In this document: positions 50,460-60,811 of the stretch, one piece after another | Numbering within the stretch: position 1 is the first letter of the stretch | How the letters are laid out: the number at the start of each line of letters is the position of its first letter | From: an uncultured delta proteobacterium | GTDB taxonomy: Bacteria; Desulfobacterota; Binatia; Binatales; Binataceae | Direction: 5' to 3' | Assembly: GCA_963808235.1 (NCBI GenBank) | Contig: CAWEEQ010000004.1 | Coordinates: 544,001-608,000, forward strand | DNA: 64,000 nucleotides | Notes under the pieces: generated by a model | What the model saw: the letters and a program-made list of their open reading frames with translations, nothing else | The model's database searches: none | Told to the model about the DNA's origin: nothing | Translations under genes and position numbers: made by a program

Positions 50460-50537
50460 GGTGACCGGATCGAGCTTAGCGTGACGCTCGGCGCTCCGCT
50501 AACTGCTCCCCGGGCCGGCGGCTTGCCCCGGCGGTGG

Positions 50538-51314
50538 CTACTCGAGCCAGCCCAACTGCTTGTACATGCTGATCTGGCCGTACTGATGCGCGTTGCCGTA
50601 GCCGGCCTGCGCGCTCACCCCGATTTGCCAGGGCCGGTAGTAGAAACCCAGGTCGGGACCACCCTGGCCCTGCGCGTTGCTCAGGAAGCCACCGTTGTAC
50701 ATCGCGCCGCCGACTCCGCCGAGCACCATGTACTTCTCTGTCGAAAGCAGAATTGCCTGGAGATCGATCTCGGTGCTGGTCACGCCATTTTCGAAATCAT
50801 GAATCGAGCTGAATGATCCATTGAGAGGATGCCGGCTGTGCAAAAATAGCCAGCTCGAGAAATCGCCCTCTACTATGTCGGCGTTGCTGTCGGCAACGTC
50901 TTTGCCGCCCGATACGTATAGATGCGTTCCCTGCGCCAGGGTGAAATCCATGCCGCCCTGGAAACGTCCGAAGTTCAACCGCGGGAAGCTGCCCGAGCCG
51001 GGCGCCAGCGGACTCTCAAAGCCCTGGCCAATCCACAGTTGATAACCGGTCGCGCGGCCGAAGGCGCCGATGTATGGCGTGATGCTCTGCTCGACCTGTG
51101 TGCCTTCCTGCAAGACGGCATACTTATCGCTGACGAATCCTCCCCCGAAAACGGTTGCCTGAAGTAGTCCGGGAGTTTGCAGCGAGAAAAATCCGGGGTA
51201 AGTGTCTTCAAACCATTGCGCACGCGCATCCGGCGCTTGCGCGAGCGGAACTGTGATGAGGCCGCATACTAGAGCTAACGTGATGCTCAGCCGCTGAATT
51301 CGATTCTTCATCAT
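50538..51314 (-). CDS. Secreted putative outer-membrane beta-barrel protein
   Basis: Signal peptide, alternating Gly/aromatic-rich beta strands. Start approximate. Confidence 0.6.
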   Translation of the reverse strand: MMKNRIQRLSITLALVCGLITVPLAQAPDARAQWFEDTYPGFFSLQTPGLLQATVFGGGFVSDKYAVLQEGTQVEQSITPYIGAFGRATGYQLWIGQGFESPLAPGSGSFPRLNFGRFQGGMDFTLAQGTHLYVSGGKDVADSNADIVEGDFSSWLFLHSRHPLNGSFSSIHDFENGVTSTEIDLQAILLSTEKYMVLGGVGGAMYNGGFLSNAQGQGGPDLGFYYRPWQIGVSAQAGYGNAHQYGQISMYKQLGWLE

Positions 51315-51337
51315 CACGTCTGACCTCCTCTTCCCCG

Positions 51338-52123
51338 CTATCTGCCCCCAGTGCTGACCGGCGTCATGTCTACGCAAACCGGGCACGCCGGCACCGGTGC
51401 ACCGCCCGAAGCCGGGTTCGCGCCGACGAACGCCGCCCCTCCGCCGGCTACCGCACTGGCGAGCGAAACCGCTCCGGTCATCGACAACGGACCCGATGAG
51501 GTCGGAGGCTTGTCGCAGGGCACCGTCGCTTCGTAGCCCGCATGCACGTCTTCTCCCGCGTTGGGACTGGTTAGTTGTGCGAGGTTAACCGTACCCTGGT
51601 AAACGGAGACGTCGGTATATCGTTCGCATCCCTGGTAACCGGGGCGGATTACGTTTTCGGTATAAGCGGTGTCGAATCTCGTTCCTCGCACCGCGGCGAC
51701 TGCGTTGGGCGTATGCACCTGGTAGTTTGCCGCTGCTCCGCCGGTCGCGGTATTTACCAGCGACCTCATCACGCCCGAGAACAGGCTGACGCGAGTCGAA
51801 GGCGCTCCGCCGGTCACCGTAAATTCGTCTAGCGTGATCGTGCTGTTCGGTCCAATCTCGAGCCGGCTCTGATCGTTGAGCAAGATGACGGCGTGTCCGC
51901 CCGCTCCGCTCAGAATCCGATCGCCCACGTTCACGCCGACTCCGGAGGACGCTCCAATAGTAGCGCCGGCGCGTTGAATCTGGACCGGTCCGTTGACGCT
52001 CGAGAAAGATCCGGCCGCGTTTTGCGCGAATGCGGGCCCGGAGATTAACAGCGCCAGAGCGCCCGCGAGCAACAGAAGAGCACCCAATGAAGCATCGTTA
52101 AGTTTACGTCGATCTCGACCCAT
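51338..52123 (-). CDS. FecR-domain periplasmic protein
   Basis: GDRI..LNDQSRLEIGPNS..VHTPNAVAAVRGTRF..VYQGTV. Confidence 0.88.
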   Translation of the reverse strand: MGRDRRKLNDASLGALLLLAGALALLISGPAFAQNAAGSFSSVNGPVQIQRAGATIGASSGVGVNVGDRILSGAGGHAVILLNDQSRLEIGPNSTITLDEFTVTGGAPSTRVSLFSGVMRSLVNTATGGAAANYQVHTPNAVAAVRGTRFDTAYTENVIRPGYQGCERYTDVSVYQGTVNLAQLTSPNAGEDVHAGYEATVPCDKPPTSSGPLSMTGAVSLASAVAGGGAAFVGANPASGGAPVPACPVCVDMTPVSTGGR

Positions 52124-52224
52124 CGATGCAGCGCTCCTTGGCTGCTAGCGAACTCTTGTATGTGGACAGGTCGGGCTTTGTCAAACAGGGCCGAAAATGT
52201 CCTTGTGGATACTCGGGAATGTGA

Positions 52225-52257
52225 AAAAGGCGCGAGCATCGCTCGCGCCCCTTTTTC
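52225..52257. terminator. Bidirectional terminator after rpsI
   Basis: aaaaggcgcgagc-atc-gctcgcgccctttttc. Confidence 0.75.
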
Positions 52258-52294
52258 GATCTATCCCGGATTGTGGCAGGCAGACGGACTTGTA

Positions 52295-52693
52295 CTAACG
52301 CTTGGAGTATTGCGGCCGTTTGCGCGCCTTGTGGCGACCGTATTTCTTGCGCTCGACTTCGCGCGGATCGCGGGTCAGCATCCCGCCCTTGCGCAGCACC
52401 GGACGCAGCGTCTCGGTCGCCGTGATCAGCGCGCGCGAGATTCCATGTCGCACCGCGTCGGCCTGTGCCGCGATTCCGCCACCCTCGACGCTAACCAGCA
52501 CGTCGTACTGGCCCGTGGTTTCAGTCGCCTCGAAGGGTTCGAGGATGCGCATCCGCGACGTGGGGCGCGGAAAGTAATCCTCGAGCGTGCGCTGGTTAAC
52601 GGTGATCGTGCCTGCGCCGGGAATCAGCCTGACCCGCGCGACCGCGGTCTTGCGGCGGCCGGTGGTCCAGATGACGTTCTTCTTTTCTGCCAT
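52295..52693 (-). CDS. rpsI: 30S ribosomal protein S9
   Basis: [30 protein letters not shown]. Confidence 0.97.
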   Translation of the reverse strand: MAEKKNVIWTTGRRKTAVARVRLIPGAGTITVNQRTLEDYFPRPTSRMRILEPFEATETTGQYDVLVSVEGGGIAAQADAVRHGISRALITATETLRPVLRKGGMLTRDPREVERKKYGRHKARKRPQYSKR

Positions 52694-52709
52694 GTGCGAT
52701 TGAGCCTTG

Positions 52710-53156
52710 TTAGACGTTGACCGACTGCGGCTTCTGCGCCGCGTGCGGATGCTCGGGGCCGCGATAGACCTTGAGCTTGTTGAACAGCTGATGCCCGAGC
52801 CGATTCTTCGGCAGCATCCCCTTGACCGCAATCTCGAGCAGCCGCTCCGGCTTCGACTCGAGCATCTTGCCCGCGGCCGTGGTGCGGATTCCGCCCGGCC
52901 ATCCGGTGTGGCGATGATACAGTTTGCTCTCCGGCTTCGAGCCGGTCAGCCGCACCTTGGCCGCGTTGATGATCACGACAAAGTCGCCGGTGTCTTGGTT
53001 AGGAGTGAAGTCGGGACGGGTCTTGCCGCGCAGCAGGCTCGCCGCGCGCGAGGCTACGCGGCCGAGCGCACGCTCAGTCGCATCGATCACGACCCAGTTA
53101 CGATCGCGCAGTCCGCTCTCGCGAGAGATGCTGCGGGTTTGTTCGGTCAGCTTCAA
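52710..53156 (-). CDS. rplM: 50S ribosomal protein L13
   Basis: [38 protein letters not shown] start. Confidence 0.97.
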   Translation of the reverse strand: MKLTEQTRSISRESGLRDRNWVVIDATERALGRVASRAASLLRGKTRPDFTPNQDTGDFVVIINAAKVRLTGSKPESKLYHRHTGWPGGIRTTAAGKMLESKPERLLEIAVKGMLPKNRLGHQLFNKLKVYRGPEHPHAAQKPQSVNV

Positions 53157-53182
53157 TGTTATGCACCTAAAAAGTCAAAATT

Positions 53183-53260
53183 TGGCGGGGCCGATGGGAT
53201 TTGAACCCACGACTTCCGACGTGACAGGCCGGCGTTCTAACCGGGCTGAACTACGACCCC
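53183..53260 (-). tRNA. tRNA-Asp (GTC)
   Basis: GGGGTCG/CGGCCCC acceptor stem, anticodon loop CTGTCAC, GTTCAAA T loop, encoded CCA. Confidence 0.96.
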
Positions 53261-53325
53261 GCCGCAACCATCCTTTGTTACATTTTCGGGCTCGCGTTAC
53301 AACCAACAATGACTGAAGCGGGCTA

Positions 53326-53349
53326 GTGGCACGGGCGTCCCTGCCCGTG
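53326..53349. repeat. GTGG-type REP-like palindrome
   Basis: gtggcacgggc-gtccct-gcccgtg, single copy in the window. Confidence 0.4.
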
Positions 53350-53579
53350 ATTAGCGTGCGGCGGCGTGATGCGTCTTCATGCGACGGCTGACCACCAACT
53401 CCAAGAATTCTCCAACATCGAGAACATCGAATGACCATATGAAGTGATTGGTACATCGACTCAATCTTGCCTCGAACGACCTCGTGCAATAATTTTAACT
53501 CCGTATCCGGACCTGACCTGAAACCTTCGGCGCACGGTTCCGCGGCAACGAACTTAGACTTAATCTTTCGGCATACCTT

Positions 53580-56500
53580 ATGTGGATTGTCCGCCTCGCG
53601 CTTCGCCGACCGCTTTCGGTGGCCGTGATGGCGCTCCTGATGCTCGTGCTCGGCGTGCTGAGCTACGGCCTCATGAACGTCGACATCTTCCCGTCGATCA
53701 ATTTGCCGGTGGTGCTGGTGGTGTGGAATTACCCGGGCCTGTCGGCATTCGACGTCGAGCGGCGGATGGTCTTCATCAGCGAGCGCGCGTATTCGACCAC
53801 GGTCAACGGCATCGAGCATATCGAGTCGGAATCGATCAACGGGATCGGACTGCTCAAGGTCTATTTCCAACCCGGCAGCGACATCGGCGGTGCGATCGCG
53901 CAAATCAACGCGGTGTCGGAAACAATCCTGAGCAATCTGCCGCGCGGGATCGAGCCGCCGCAGATCATTTCGTACAATGCGAGCAACGTTCCGGTCGCGC
54001 AGCTCAACGTTTACAGCGACGTTCTTTCGACCGCCAAACTCTTCGACTACGGACTGAACTTCATCCGTATCCAGCTCTTCACGATTCCCGGCTTCTCGTC
54101 GCCCGCGCCGCTGGGCGGCGTCAGTCGCGCGGTGATGGCCAACCTTGATCCGACCGCGCTCTACGCGAGCGGGCTTTCCGCCTTCAACGTCGGCAATGCG
54201 CTTGCCGCGACCAACGTCGTCATCCCGTCGGGCACGGCCAAGATGGGAAATTACGAATACAACGTCGACTTGAACATGTCGGTGCCGAAAGTTTCGGAGT
54301 TCAACAAGCTGCCGATCAAATTTCTGAATGGTGCGCCGATTTTTTTGGGCGACGTTGCGCACGTAACTGACAGCCATCAGCCGGAGACCAATGTCGTGCG
54401 CTTCAACGGGGTGCCGTCGACCTACCTGATGGTCGTCAAGCACGCCGACGCGTCGACGCTGGCGGTGGTCGATGCGGTCAAGAAGAAGCTGCCCGACATC
54501 CGCGCCACCGCGCCAAAGGGATTGAACGTGATGCTGACGTTCGATCAGTCGCAGTTTGTGCGCGCCGCGCTGCGCGACGTGGTGCAGGAAGCGGTCACCG
54601 CTGCGGCGCTGGTCGCGATCATGGTGCTGCTGTTCCTGGGTTCGCCGCGCAGCATGCTGATCGTGATCACCTCGATCCCGCTGTCGATTCTGACCGCGAT
54701 CATCGGTCTCAAGCTTGCCGGGCAGACGATCAACACGATGACGCTGGGCGGAATCGCGCTCGCGGTCGGGATGCTGGTGGACGACGCGACGGTCGAAGTC
54801 GAAAACATCCATCGCAACCAGGCGCTGGACAAGCCGCTGCTGGTGGCGATTTTAGACGGCGCGTCGCAGATCGCGACGCCGACCTTCGTCGGCACGCTCG
54901 CAATATGCATCGTGTTTTTCCCGGTCGTCTTGCTGACCGGAGTTGCGAAATTTCTGTTCACCCCGCTCGCGCTGGCGGTGGTTTTCGCGATGCTGACGTC
55001 GTACCTGCTCTCGCGCACCCTGGTTCCGACGATGGCGCGTTTGCTGCTGCCGGAAGACCATGAGGAAACCCTGGGAAATGGCCGCTGGGGCCGCATCGTG
55101 CGCGCTTTCGACGCGCGTTTCGAGCGGGTCAAGGAATCGTACCGCTTCGCACTCGCGAACTTTATCGCGCGGCGAACTTTCTCATTGGGCTGCGTCGCGG
55201 TCCTGATCCTGTCGTCGCTCGCGATGCTGTTCATCGTCGGCGAGGATTTCTTTCCCCGCGTCGACGCCGGCATGATGAGCCTGCACGTGCGGATGCCGAC
55301 CGGCACCCGGGTTGAGCACACAGAGTACGTGCTCGACAATATGGAGCGCGCGATCCGCACCGTGATTCCCGCCGACGAGCTGCAAGGGATCAGCGACAAC
55401 ATCGGACTGCCTATCTCTTACGATCTGGCGTTTTATCAAACCGACTCGATCGGCCCGCAGGACGCCGATGTGCTGATCCAGTTGCAGCCCAGGCATCAGC
55501 CGACCGCCATCTACCAGCAGAAGATTCGCGAGCTGCTCGCGCTCCGCTACCCAAACGTCACTACCTATTTTCAAGCCGCCGATATCATCAGCCAGGTGCT
55601 CAATTTCGGTCTGCCCGCGGCGATCGACGCGCAGATCAACGGCAACGATTTGCAAGCGGACTACGACATCGCGCTGCGCCTGAAGGACCGGATGAAGCTG
55701 ATTCCCGGAGTCAGCGATCTCAGGATCGCCGAGCCGCAGGACTATCCGACCTTCAAGGTCGACGTCGATCGCGACAAGGCGCTCGAACTCGGCATCACGC
55801 AGCAGCAGGTCGCATCGAGCATGCTGTCCACGCTGTCGGGCGCCTCGCTGTTGCAGCCCAACTTCTGGCTCGATCCGAAAAACGGCGTCAACTACAACGT
55901 CGTGGCGCAGGCGCCGCAGCATCTGATCGACTCGGTCGGGACGCTCTCGAACATACCGCTCAGCACGCCCATTTCGTCGACCGGCGCGCAAAGCCAGGCA
56001 CAGTTGCTTGGCAACCTCGGGACTATCACCCATGCGTGGGATCCGGCGGTGGTCGCGCATTATACGGTGCAGCGCGTAATCGACGTCGACGCGGCGGTGT
56101 CGGGACGCGATCTCGGCAGCGTCACCTCCGCGGTGCAGCGCGAGATCAACAATCTTGGTCCGCTGCCGGCCGGCAGTCGCGTCGTAATCCGCGGACAGAG
56201 CCAGGCGATGCATGATTCGTTCGTCACGCTCGGCGAAGGATTGATCCTCGCAATCATCCTGGTCTACCTGCTGATGGTCGCGAACTTTCAGTCGTGGCTC
56301 GAGCCCTTCATCATCATGATGGCGGTGCCGGGCGCGCTGGCCGGAGTGCTGTGGATGCTTGCGACTACCGGCACCACTATCAACGTCGAGTCGCTGATGG
56401 GCGCGATCATGGCGGTCGGGGTCGGGGTCGCCAACGGCAACCTGCTAATCACCTTTGCCAACGAATTGCGCGAGGACGGCTACGGGCCGCTCGCCGCCGC

Positions 56501-56765
56501 GATCGAGGCCGGGCGTATCCGCTTCCGCCCGATCATCATGACCGCGATGGCGATGATTCTCGGGATGCTTCCGATGGCGCTCAGCCTCGGCTCCGGTTCC
56601 GAGCAAAATGCGCCGCTCGGGCGCGCTGTGATCGGGGGACTGCTCGCGGCGACGATGATGACGCTGTTCGTGGTGCCTGCAGTTTATTCGATCTTCGGGC
56701 GCAACCTGATCGGAAAGCATCAGCGCGACGCCGAGATCGAAGCAATCACGGCGCCCGGCGCGTAG
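53580..56765 (+). CDS. RND efflux permease subunit
   Basis: 1061 aa, GMLVDDATVEVENI, RFRPIIMT, GSEQNAPLGRAVIGGL. Confidence 0.95.
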   Translation: MWIVRLALRRPLSVAVMALLMLVLGVLSYGLMNVDIFPSINLPVVLVVWNYPGLSAFDVERRMVFISERAYSTTVNGIEHIESESINGIGLLKVYFQPGSDIGGAIAQINAVSETILSNLPRGIEPPQIISYNASNVPVAQLNVYSDVLSTAKLFDYGLNFIRIQLFTIPGFSSPAPLGGVSRAVMANLDPTALYASGLSAFNVGNALAATNVVIPSGTAKMGNYEYNVDLNMSVPKVSEFNKLPIKFLNGAPIFLGDVAHVTDSHQPETNVVRFNGVPSTYLMVVKHADASTLAVVDAVKKKLPDIRATAPKGLNVMLTFDQSQFVRAALRDVVQEAVTAAALVAIMVLLFLGSPRSMLIVITSIPLSILTAIIGLKLAGQTINTMTLGGIALAVGMLVDDATVEVENIHRNQALDKPLLVAILDGASQIATPTFVGTLAICIVFFPVVLLTGVAKFLFTPLALAVVFAMLTSYLLSRTLVPTMARLLLPEDHEETLGNGRWGRIVRAFDARFERVKESYRFALANFIARRTFSLGCVAVLILSSLAMLFIVGEDFFPRVDAGMMSLHVRMPTGTRVEHTEYVLDNMERAIRTVIPADELQGISDNIGLPISYDLAFYQTDSIGPQDADVLIQLQPRHQPTAIYQQKIRELLALRYPNVTTYFQAADIISQVLNFGLPAAIDAQINGNDLQADYDIALRLKDRMKLIPGVSDLRIAEPQDYPTFKVDVDRDKALELGITQQQVASSMLSTLSGASLLQPNFWLDPKNGVNYNVVAQAPQHLIDSVGTLSNIPLSTPISSTGAQSQAQLLGNLGTITHAWDPAVVAHYTVQRVIDVDAAVSGRDLGSVTSAVQREINNLGPLPAGSRVVIRGQSQAMHDSFVTLGEGLILAIILVYLLMVANFQSWLEPFIIMMAVPGALAGVLWMLATTGTTINVESLMGAIMAVGVGVANGNLLITFANELREDGYGPLAAAIEAGRIRFRPIIMTAMAMILGMLPMALSLGSGSEQNAPLGRAVIGGLLAATMMTLFVVPAVYSIFGRNLIGKHQRDAEIEAITAPGA

Positions 56766-56769
56766 TATA

Positions 56770-57912
56770 GTGTCGGAGATGGAAGACGATCCGCGCAACT
56801 TCAAGGTTCCCGCTCCCGGCGGACTTTTCGTCGCGGGATGGATCATTGCAATCGTGATTGCGCTGGTCGCGACCGCGGGTCTGGTGCTCGCACTCGAGCA
56901 TCGGATCGGCCGGCAGACGTCCGAGCTCGAGCAAGAGAGCAAGGCGGGTCCGCATGTGCTGGTTGCCGACGTAAGCCGGTCGCCGGCGACACGCGAGCTG
57001 AAACTGCCGGCTACGATTCGCGGCTTCGACGAGACCGATGTCTATGCAAAGGTCCCCGGCTACCTGAAGACAATCAAGGTCGACAAGGGCGACCACATCA
57101 GCACGGGCCAACTGCTCGCGGTCCTCACCTCGCCGGAACTCGATCAGCAGACCGCCAACGCGCGCGCCAACTACAACCTCGCGCTCATCACTGACAAGCG
57201 CAACCAGGCCCTCCTGCGCGCCCACGTCATTCCGGCGCAGACCGCCGACGAAACCCACGGGGCGATGCTGCAGGCGCTCGCCACCCTCAAACAGGACATC
57301 GCCTACCAGGCCTACGAGACGATCACCGCGCCCTTCGACGGTATCGTGACGGCGCGCTACATCGATCCCGGCCATCTGGTGCCCGCGAACACTACCCCCG
57401 GCACGCCCGGCAACGGAGCAATCATCACAATCGCCAGGTTCAGTCCGCTCCGCGTGTTTGCTTACATGCCGCAGAACGTCGCCCCGTTCATCAAGGACGG
57501 AGATCCCGCTTCGATCACCGCCGCCGGCTATGCCGGCCAGAAATTCACTGGGAGCATCACGCGTCATCCCGAGGCGCTGTCGCCCGACACGCGCACGATG
57601 CTGGTCGAGGTCGATCTCGCCAATGAGAACCACGCGCTGTATCCCGGGATGTATGCGACCGCGGAGTTCACCGTGAAAATGGGCACCGGCGCGCCGATGG
57701 TTCCGGACGACGCGCTGGTATTCCGCGACGGCAAGGTTTTCGTGCCGGTCGTTCGTAGCAATCAGCTGCATCTGGCCGAGGTGACGCTCGGTTACGACAA
57801 CGGACAGATGGTCGAAATCAACAGCGGCATCAGTCCGGACGACAAAGTCGCGATCAACGTCGGCCAGGCGGCGCACAACGGCGAAACCGTCCAGCCGGTG
57901 CAGAGTCAGTGA
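56770..57912 (+). CDS. RND periplasmic adaptor (MFP)
   Basis: GYLKTIKVDKGD, ITAPFDGIVTAR, LYPGMYA. Confidence 0.93.
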   Translation: MSEMEDDPRNFKVPAPGGLFVAGWIIAIVIALVATAGLVLALEHRIGRQTSELEQESKAGPHVLVADVSRSPATRELKLPATIRGFDETDVYAKVPGYLKTIKVDKGDHISTGQLLAVLTSPELDQQTANARANYNLALITDKRNQALLRAHVIPAQTADETHGAMLQALATLKQDIAYQAYETITAPFDGIVTARYIDPGHLVPANTTPGTPGNGAIITIARFSPLRVFAYMPQNVAPFIKDGDPASITAAGYAGQKFTGSITRHPEALSPDTRTMLVEVDLANENHALYPGMYATAEFTVKMGTGAPMVPDDALVFRDGKVFVPVVRSNQLHLAEVTLGYDNGQMVEINSGISPDDKVAINVGQAAHNGETVQPVQSQ

Positions 57913-58742
57913 CTCGACCGCTCACGCTTCGCGTGCATCTCCCGGCCGCGCTCGCGCTTAAGCTCGGCGCTCGGCGCAAGCAAACCGGCCAAAGCCTGTC
58001 CGCGATCATGGTGCAGGCGCTCGAGCGACTCCTCGGCGACGAAGACAAGACTGTCTTTCAGACTTCGACTGTCGATGCGCTCATGGAAGGCGCGTCCGAG
58101 GGCGACATGACAATGGGTGAACTCAAGACCCACGGCGACTTCGGCCTCGGCACTTTCGACGGCCTCGACGGCGAGATGATCGAGCTCGACGGCAAAGTCT
58201 TCCAGGTCCGCGCCGACGGCCACGCGCATCCGGTGGAGGACTCCACGCGCACGCCGTTCGCGACGGTGTGTTTTTTCAAGGCCGACGAAAGCGCGCGTCT
58301 CGCGCGACGGTGCGATCAAGCAGAGATACTCGCCGCGGTCGCAAAGATGCTCCCGTCGCAGAACATGTTCCACGCGCTTCGAATCGAGGGGCGCTTCGAG
58401 TACGTCAAGACTCGCGCGGTCGCCAAACAGGACAAGTCAGTCGGCCTCGAAGCGGCGGCGCGCGAGGAACCGATCTTCGAGTTTCACGACGTCGAAGGAA
58501 CCATCGTCGGGTTTTTCACGCCCGACTATCTGCGCGGCGTCAACGTGCCCGGCTACCATTTACATTTCATCACGGCGGATCGTGCGGCGGGCGGCCACAT
58601 GCTCGACTGCCGCACCGCCGACGTGACGATCAAAATTCATCACACTCCAGAGTTCGAACTAGGCACGCCCGGCACTGAGGAATTCCTCAAAGCCGATCTA
58701 TCGCACGACCACACGTCGGCGATCGCGAAAATCGAAAGCTAA
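57909..58742 (+). CDS. budA: Alpha-acetolactate decarboxylase with N-terminal ribbon-helix-helix extension
   Basis: HGDFGLGTFDGLDGEMI, TPFATV, GYHLHFI, GGHMLD. First ~43 aa are RHH-like. Confidence 0.88.
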   Translation: MTRPLTLRVHLPAALALKLGARRKQTGQSLSAIMVQALERLLGDEDKTVFQTSTVDALMEGASEGDMTMGELKTHGDFGLGTFDGLDGEMIELDGKVFQVRADGHAHPVEDSTRTPFATVCFFKADESARLARRCDQAEILAAVAKMLPSQNMFHALRIEGRFEYVKTRAVAKQDKSVGLEAAAREEPIFEFHDVEGTIVGFFTPDYLRGVNVPGYHLHFITADRAAGGHMLDCRTADVTIKIHHTPEFELGTPGTEEFLKADLSHDHTSAIAKIES

Positions 58743-59323
58743 AGCGCGGCGAAGTTGCGATTCTCGCGCGGCCACGGCGGCGCCGCCGCGATTGCGGCCA
58801 GTGCGTCTTCTGGTTGTTCGACTAGCGACCACATCGCGCGATGCCGCTCGTCCATGAAGCGGCGCTCGATACAGCTCTCCAGAAACTTTACGCACGGTGA
58901 ATAGAACCCGAGCGTGTTGACCAGCACAACCGCGCCGCCGAACAAGCCGAGCCGCTTCCACGTGATCGCTTCGAACAGTTCCTCGAGCGTGCCGCATCCA
59001 CCGGGCAGCGCGATCACCGCGTCGACTTCGTCGATCATCAGGCGCTTGCGCTCGTGCAAGTCATTTACGATCAGCAACTCGCTCAAGCCGCGATGACCCC
59101 ATTCGAGGTCGTACATGAAACGCGGCAGGACGCCGATCACGCGGCCGCCTTCCGCAAGCGCCGCGTCCGCGAGATGACCCATCGAGCCGACGCTGCCGCC
59201 GCCGTAAACCAGGGTAACTTTGTTGCGCGCCAATTCACGGCCAAGGCGCGACGCGGCGTCGTGATAGGCGGGATCGCAAAGCCGGCTCGACGCGCAATAA
59301 ACGCATACTCGCTTGATAGCCAT
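58739..59323 (-). CDS. LOG family (TIGR00730) nucleotide phosphoribohydrolase
   Basis: CVYCASS, LVYGGG, ALPGGCGTLEE. Confidence 0.92.
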   Translation of the reverse strand: MAIKRVCVYCASSRLCDPAYHDAASRLGRELARNKVTLVYGGGSVGSMGHLADAALAEGGRVIGVLPRFMYDLEWGHRGLSELLIVNDLHERKRLMIDEVDAVIALPGGCGTLEELFEAITWKRLGLFGGAVVLVNTLGFYSPCVKFLESCIERRFMDERHRAMWSLVEQPEDALAAIAAAPPWPRENRNFAAL

Positions 59324-59384
59324 CGCGCGATCGTATCCGACCGATTCGGCGTCATCCAGTGACCGAAGTGCGAGTTTTCCGCTC

Positions 59385-59423
59385 TTGACTCGGCCGCTGA
59401 TATTTCGATACTTCTGGAAATAT
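59385..59423 (+). promoter_or_regulatory. ars promoter/ArsR operator
   Basis: TTGACT -35 box. Inverted repeat atatttc..gaaatat overlaps the -10 region and the arsR ATG. Confidence 0.65.
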
Positions 59424-59803
59424 GAGACGCGAAGAAGTGATCGCGGCGCTCGGCGCGCTGGCCCAGGAATCCCGGCTCGATATCTTCCGGATGCTGGTGC
59501 AGAAGGGCCCCGACCCGGTCGCCGCGGGCGAAATCGCGCGCAAGCTCGACCTGCCGCGCGCCCACGCTTTCGTTCCACCTGGGCCAGCTCAAACACGCCG
59601 GCCTCTTGAGCGCGCATCGCAATAGCCGTTCGATCGCCTACGCCGTGAACTACCGCACGATGAACTCGCTGCTCAAATATCTCACCGAGAACTGCTGCCA
59701 GGGACAGGCCGACCTATGCGCTCCGGCCGGATGCGCGCCCGTCAACGGAAGCAAAGGAAACAAAAAGATTTTGCGTACGCAGAAACTGGAGGCCTCACGA
59801 TGA
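59422..59803 (+). CDS. arsR: ArsR-family arsenic-responsive repressor, one-base frameshift at ~59557
   Basis: ALAQESRLDIFRML, then TLSFHL in the shifted frame, then YLTENCCQG. Confidence 0.88.
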
Positions 59804-60246
59804 AGCGTTTACACGTTCATGTCGCAGTCGCGGATCTGGATCAAGCGGTCGGATTTTACTCGACGCTCTTCGACGCGCCGCCGAGCGTGCTCAAGACTGA
59901 CTACGCAAAGTGGATGCTCGAAGATCCACGCGTCAATTTTGCAATCTCGATGCGCGGCGCCGCACCGGGACTCGATCATCTGGGGATCCAGGTCGATTCC
60001 GCCGACGACCTTCAGCAGATAGCGAGTCGCCTCAGCGCTGCCGGCCGCTCCGTGCTCGAACAGAAAGACGCGGACTGCTGCTACGCGCGCGGCGACAAGG
60101 GATGGACCGCCGATCCGAGCGGCATCTCGTGGGAGACATTTCACACTTTCGGCGAGATCACCGAGTATGGCGCCGACGGCGCGCCGCGAGCCACCGCGCC
60201 CGCGGCCACCAACGCGTCAGCGTGTTGCGGCGCGGCGAAGGCGTAG
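59800..60246 (+). CDS. ArsI/CadI family VOC metalloenzyme
   Basis: [31 protein letters not shown]-terminal CC. Confidence 0.9.
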   Translation: MKRLHVHVAVADLDQAVGFYSTLFDAPPSVLKTDYAKWMLEDPRVNFAISMRGAAPGLDHLGIQVDSADDLQQIASRLSAAGRSVLEQKDADCCYARGDKGWTADPSGISWETFHTFGEITEYGADGAPRATAPAATNASACCGAAKA

Positions 60247-60260
60247 CTGCGAGAATCGCG

Positions 60261-60763
60261 ATGGCCGAGCGAGTTTACAACGTGCTGTTCATCTGCACCG
60301 GCAACCGCGCCCGGAGCATCATCGCCGAAGCCGTTTTGAATCATCGCGGCAAGAACAAATTCCACGCTTTCAGCGCCGGAAGTCATCCGAGGGGCGAGGT
60401 CCATCCGATGGTGCTGAAGCTGCTCGAAAGGATACGGGATGCCTACGGCCGGACTGCGCAGCAAGAGCTGGGGGGAGTTCGCGCGGCCCGATGCGCCTTC
60501 GATGGACTTCATCTTCACGGTCTGCGATCAGGCGGCCGGCGAAGTATGTCCGGTTTGGCCGGGCACGCCGATGACGGCGCATTGGGGAGTCGCCGATCCG
60601 GATGCCGCGACCGCCGCAGAAGTCGAGAGAGCAATCTGGCGGGCGTATCGCGAACTCGAAACACGAATACAGCTCTTCACCAGTCTCAGGCTCGACGAAC
60701 TTGACCGGATGAGTCTCAAGAAACGCCTCGACGAAATCGGCAAAACTCGATCTGAGCAATTGA
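60261..60763 (+). CDS. arsC: LMW-PTP-type arsenate reductase, frameshift at ~60431, 3' end uncertain
   Basis: [17 protein letters not shown], then [27 protein letters not shown] in the shifted frame. Confidence 0.85.
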
Positions 60764-60811
60764 CACCGCGCCATCACATCAATCCAAAGCCGCGCCGACG
60801 CCGCATCGGCG

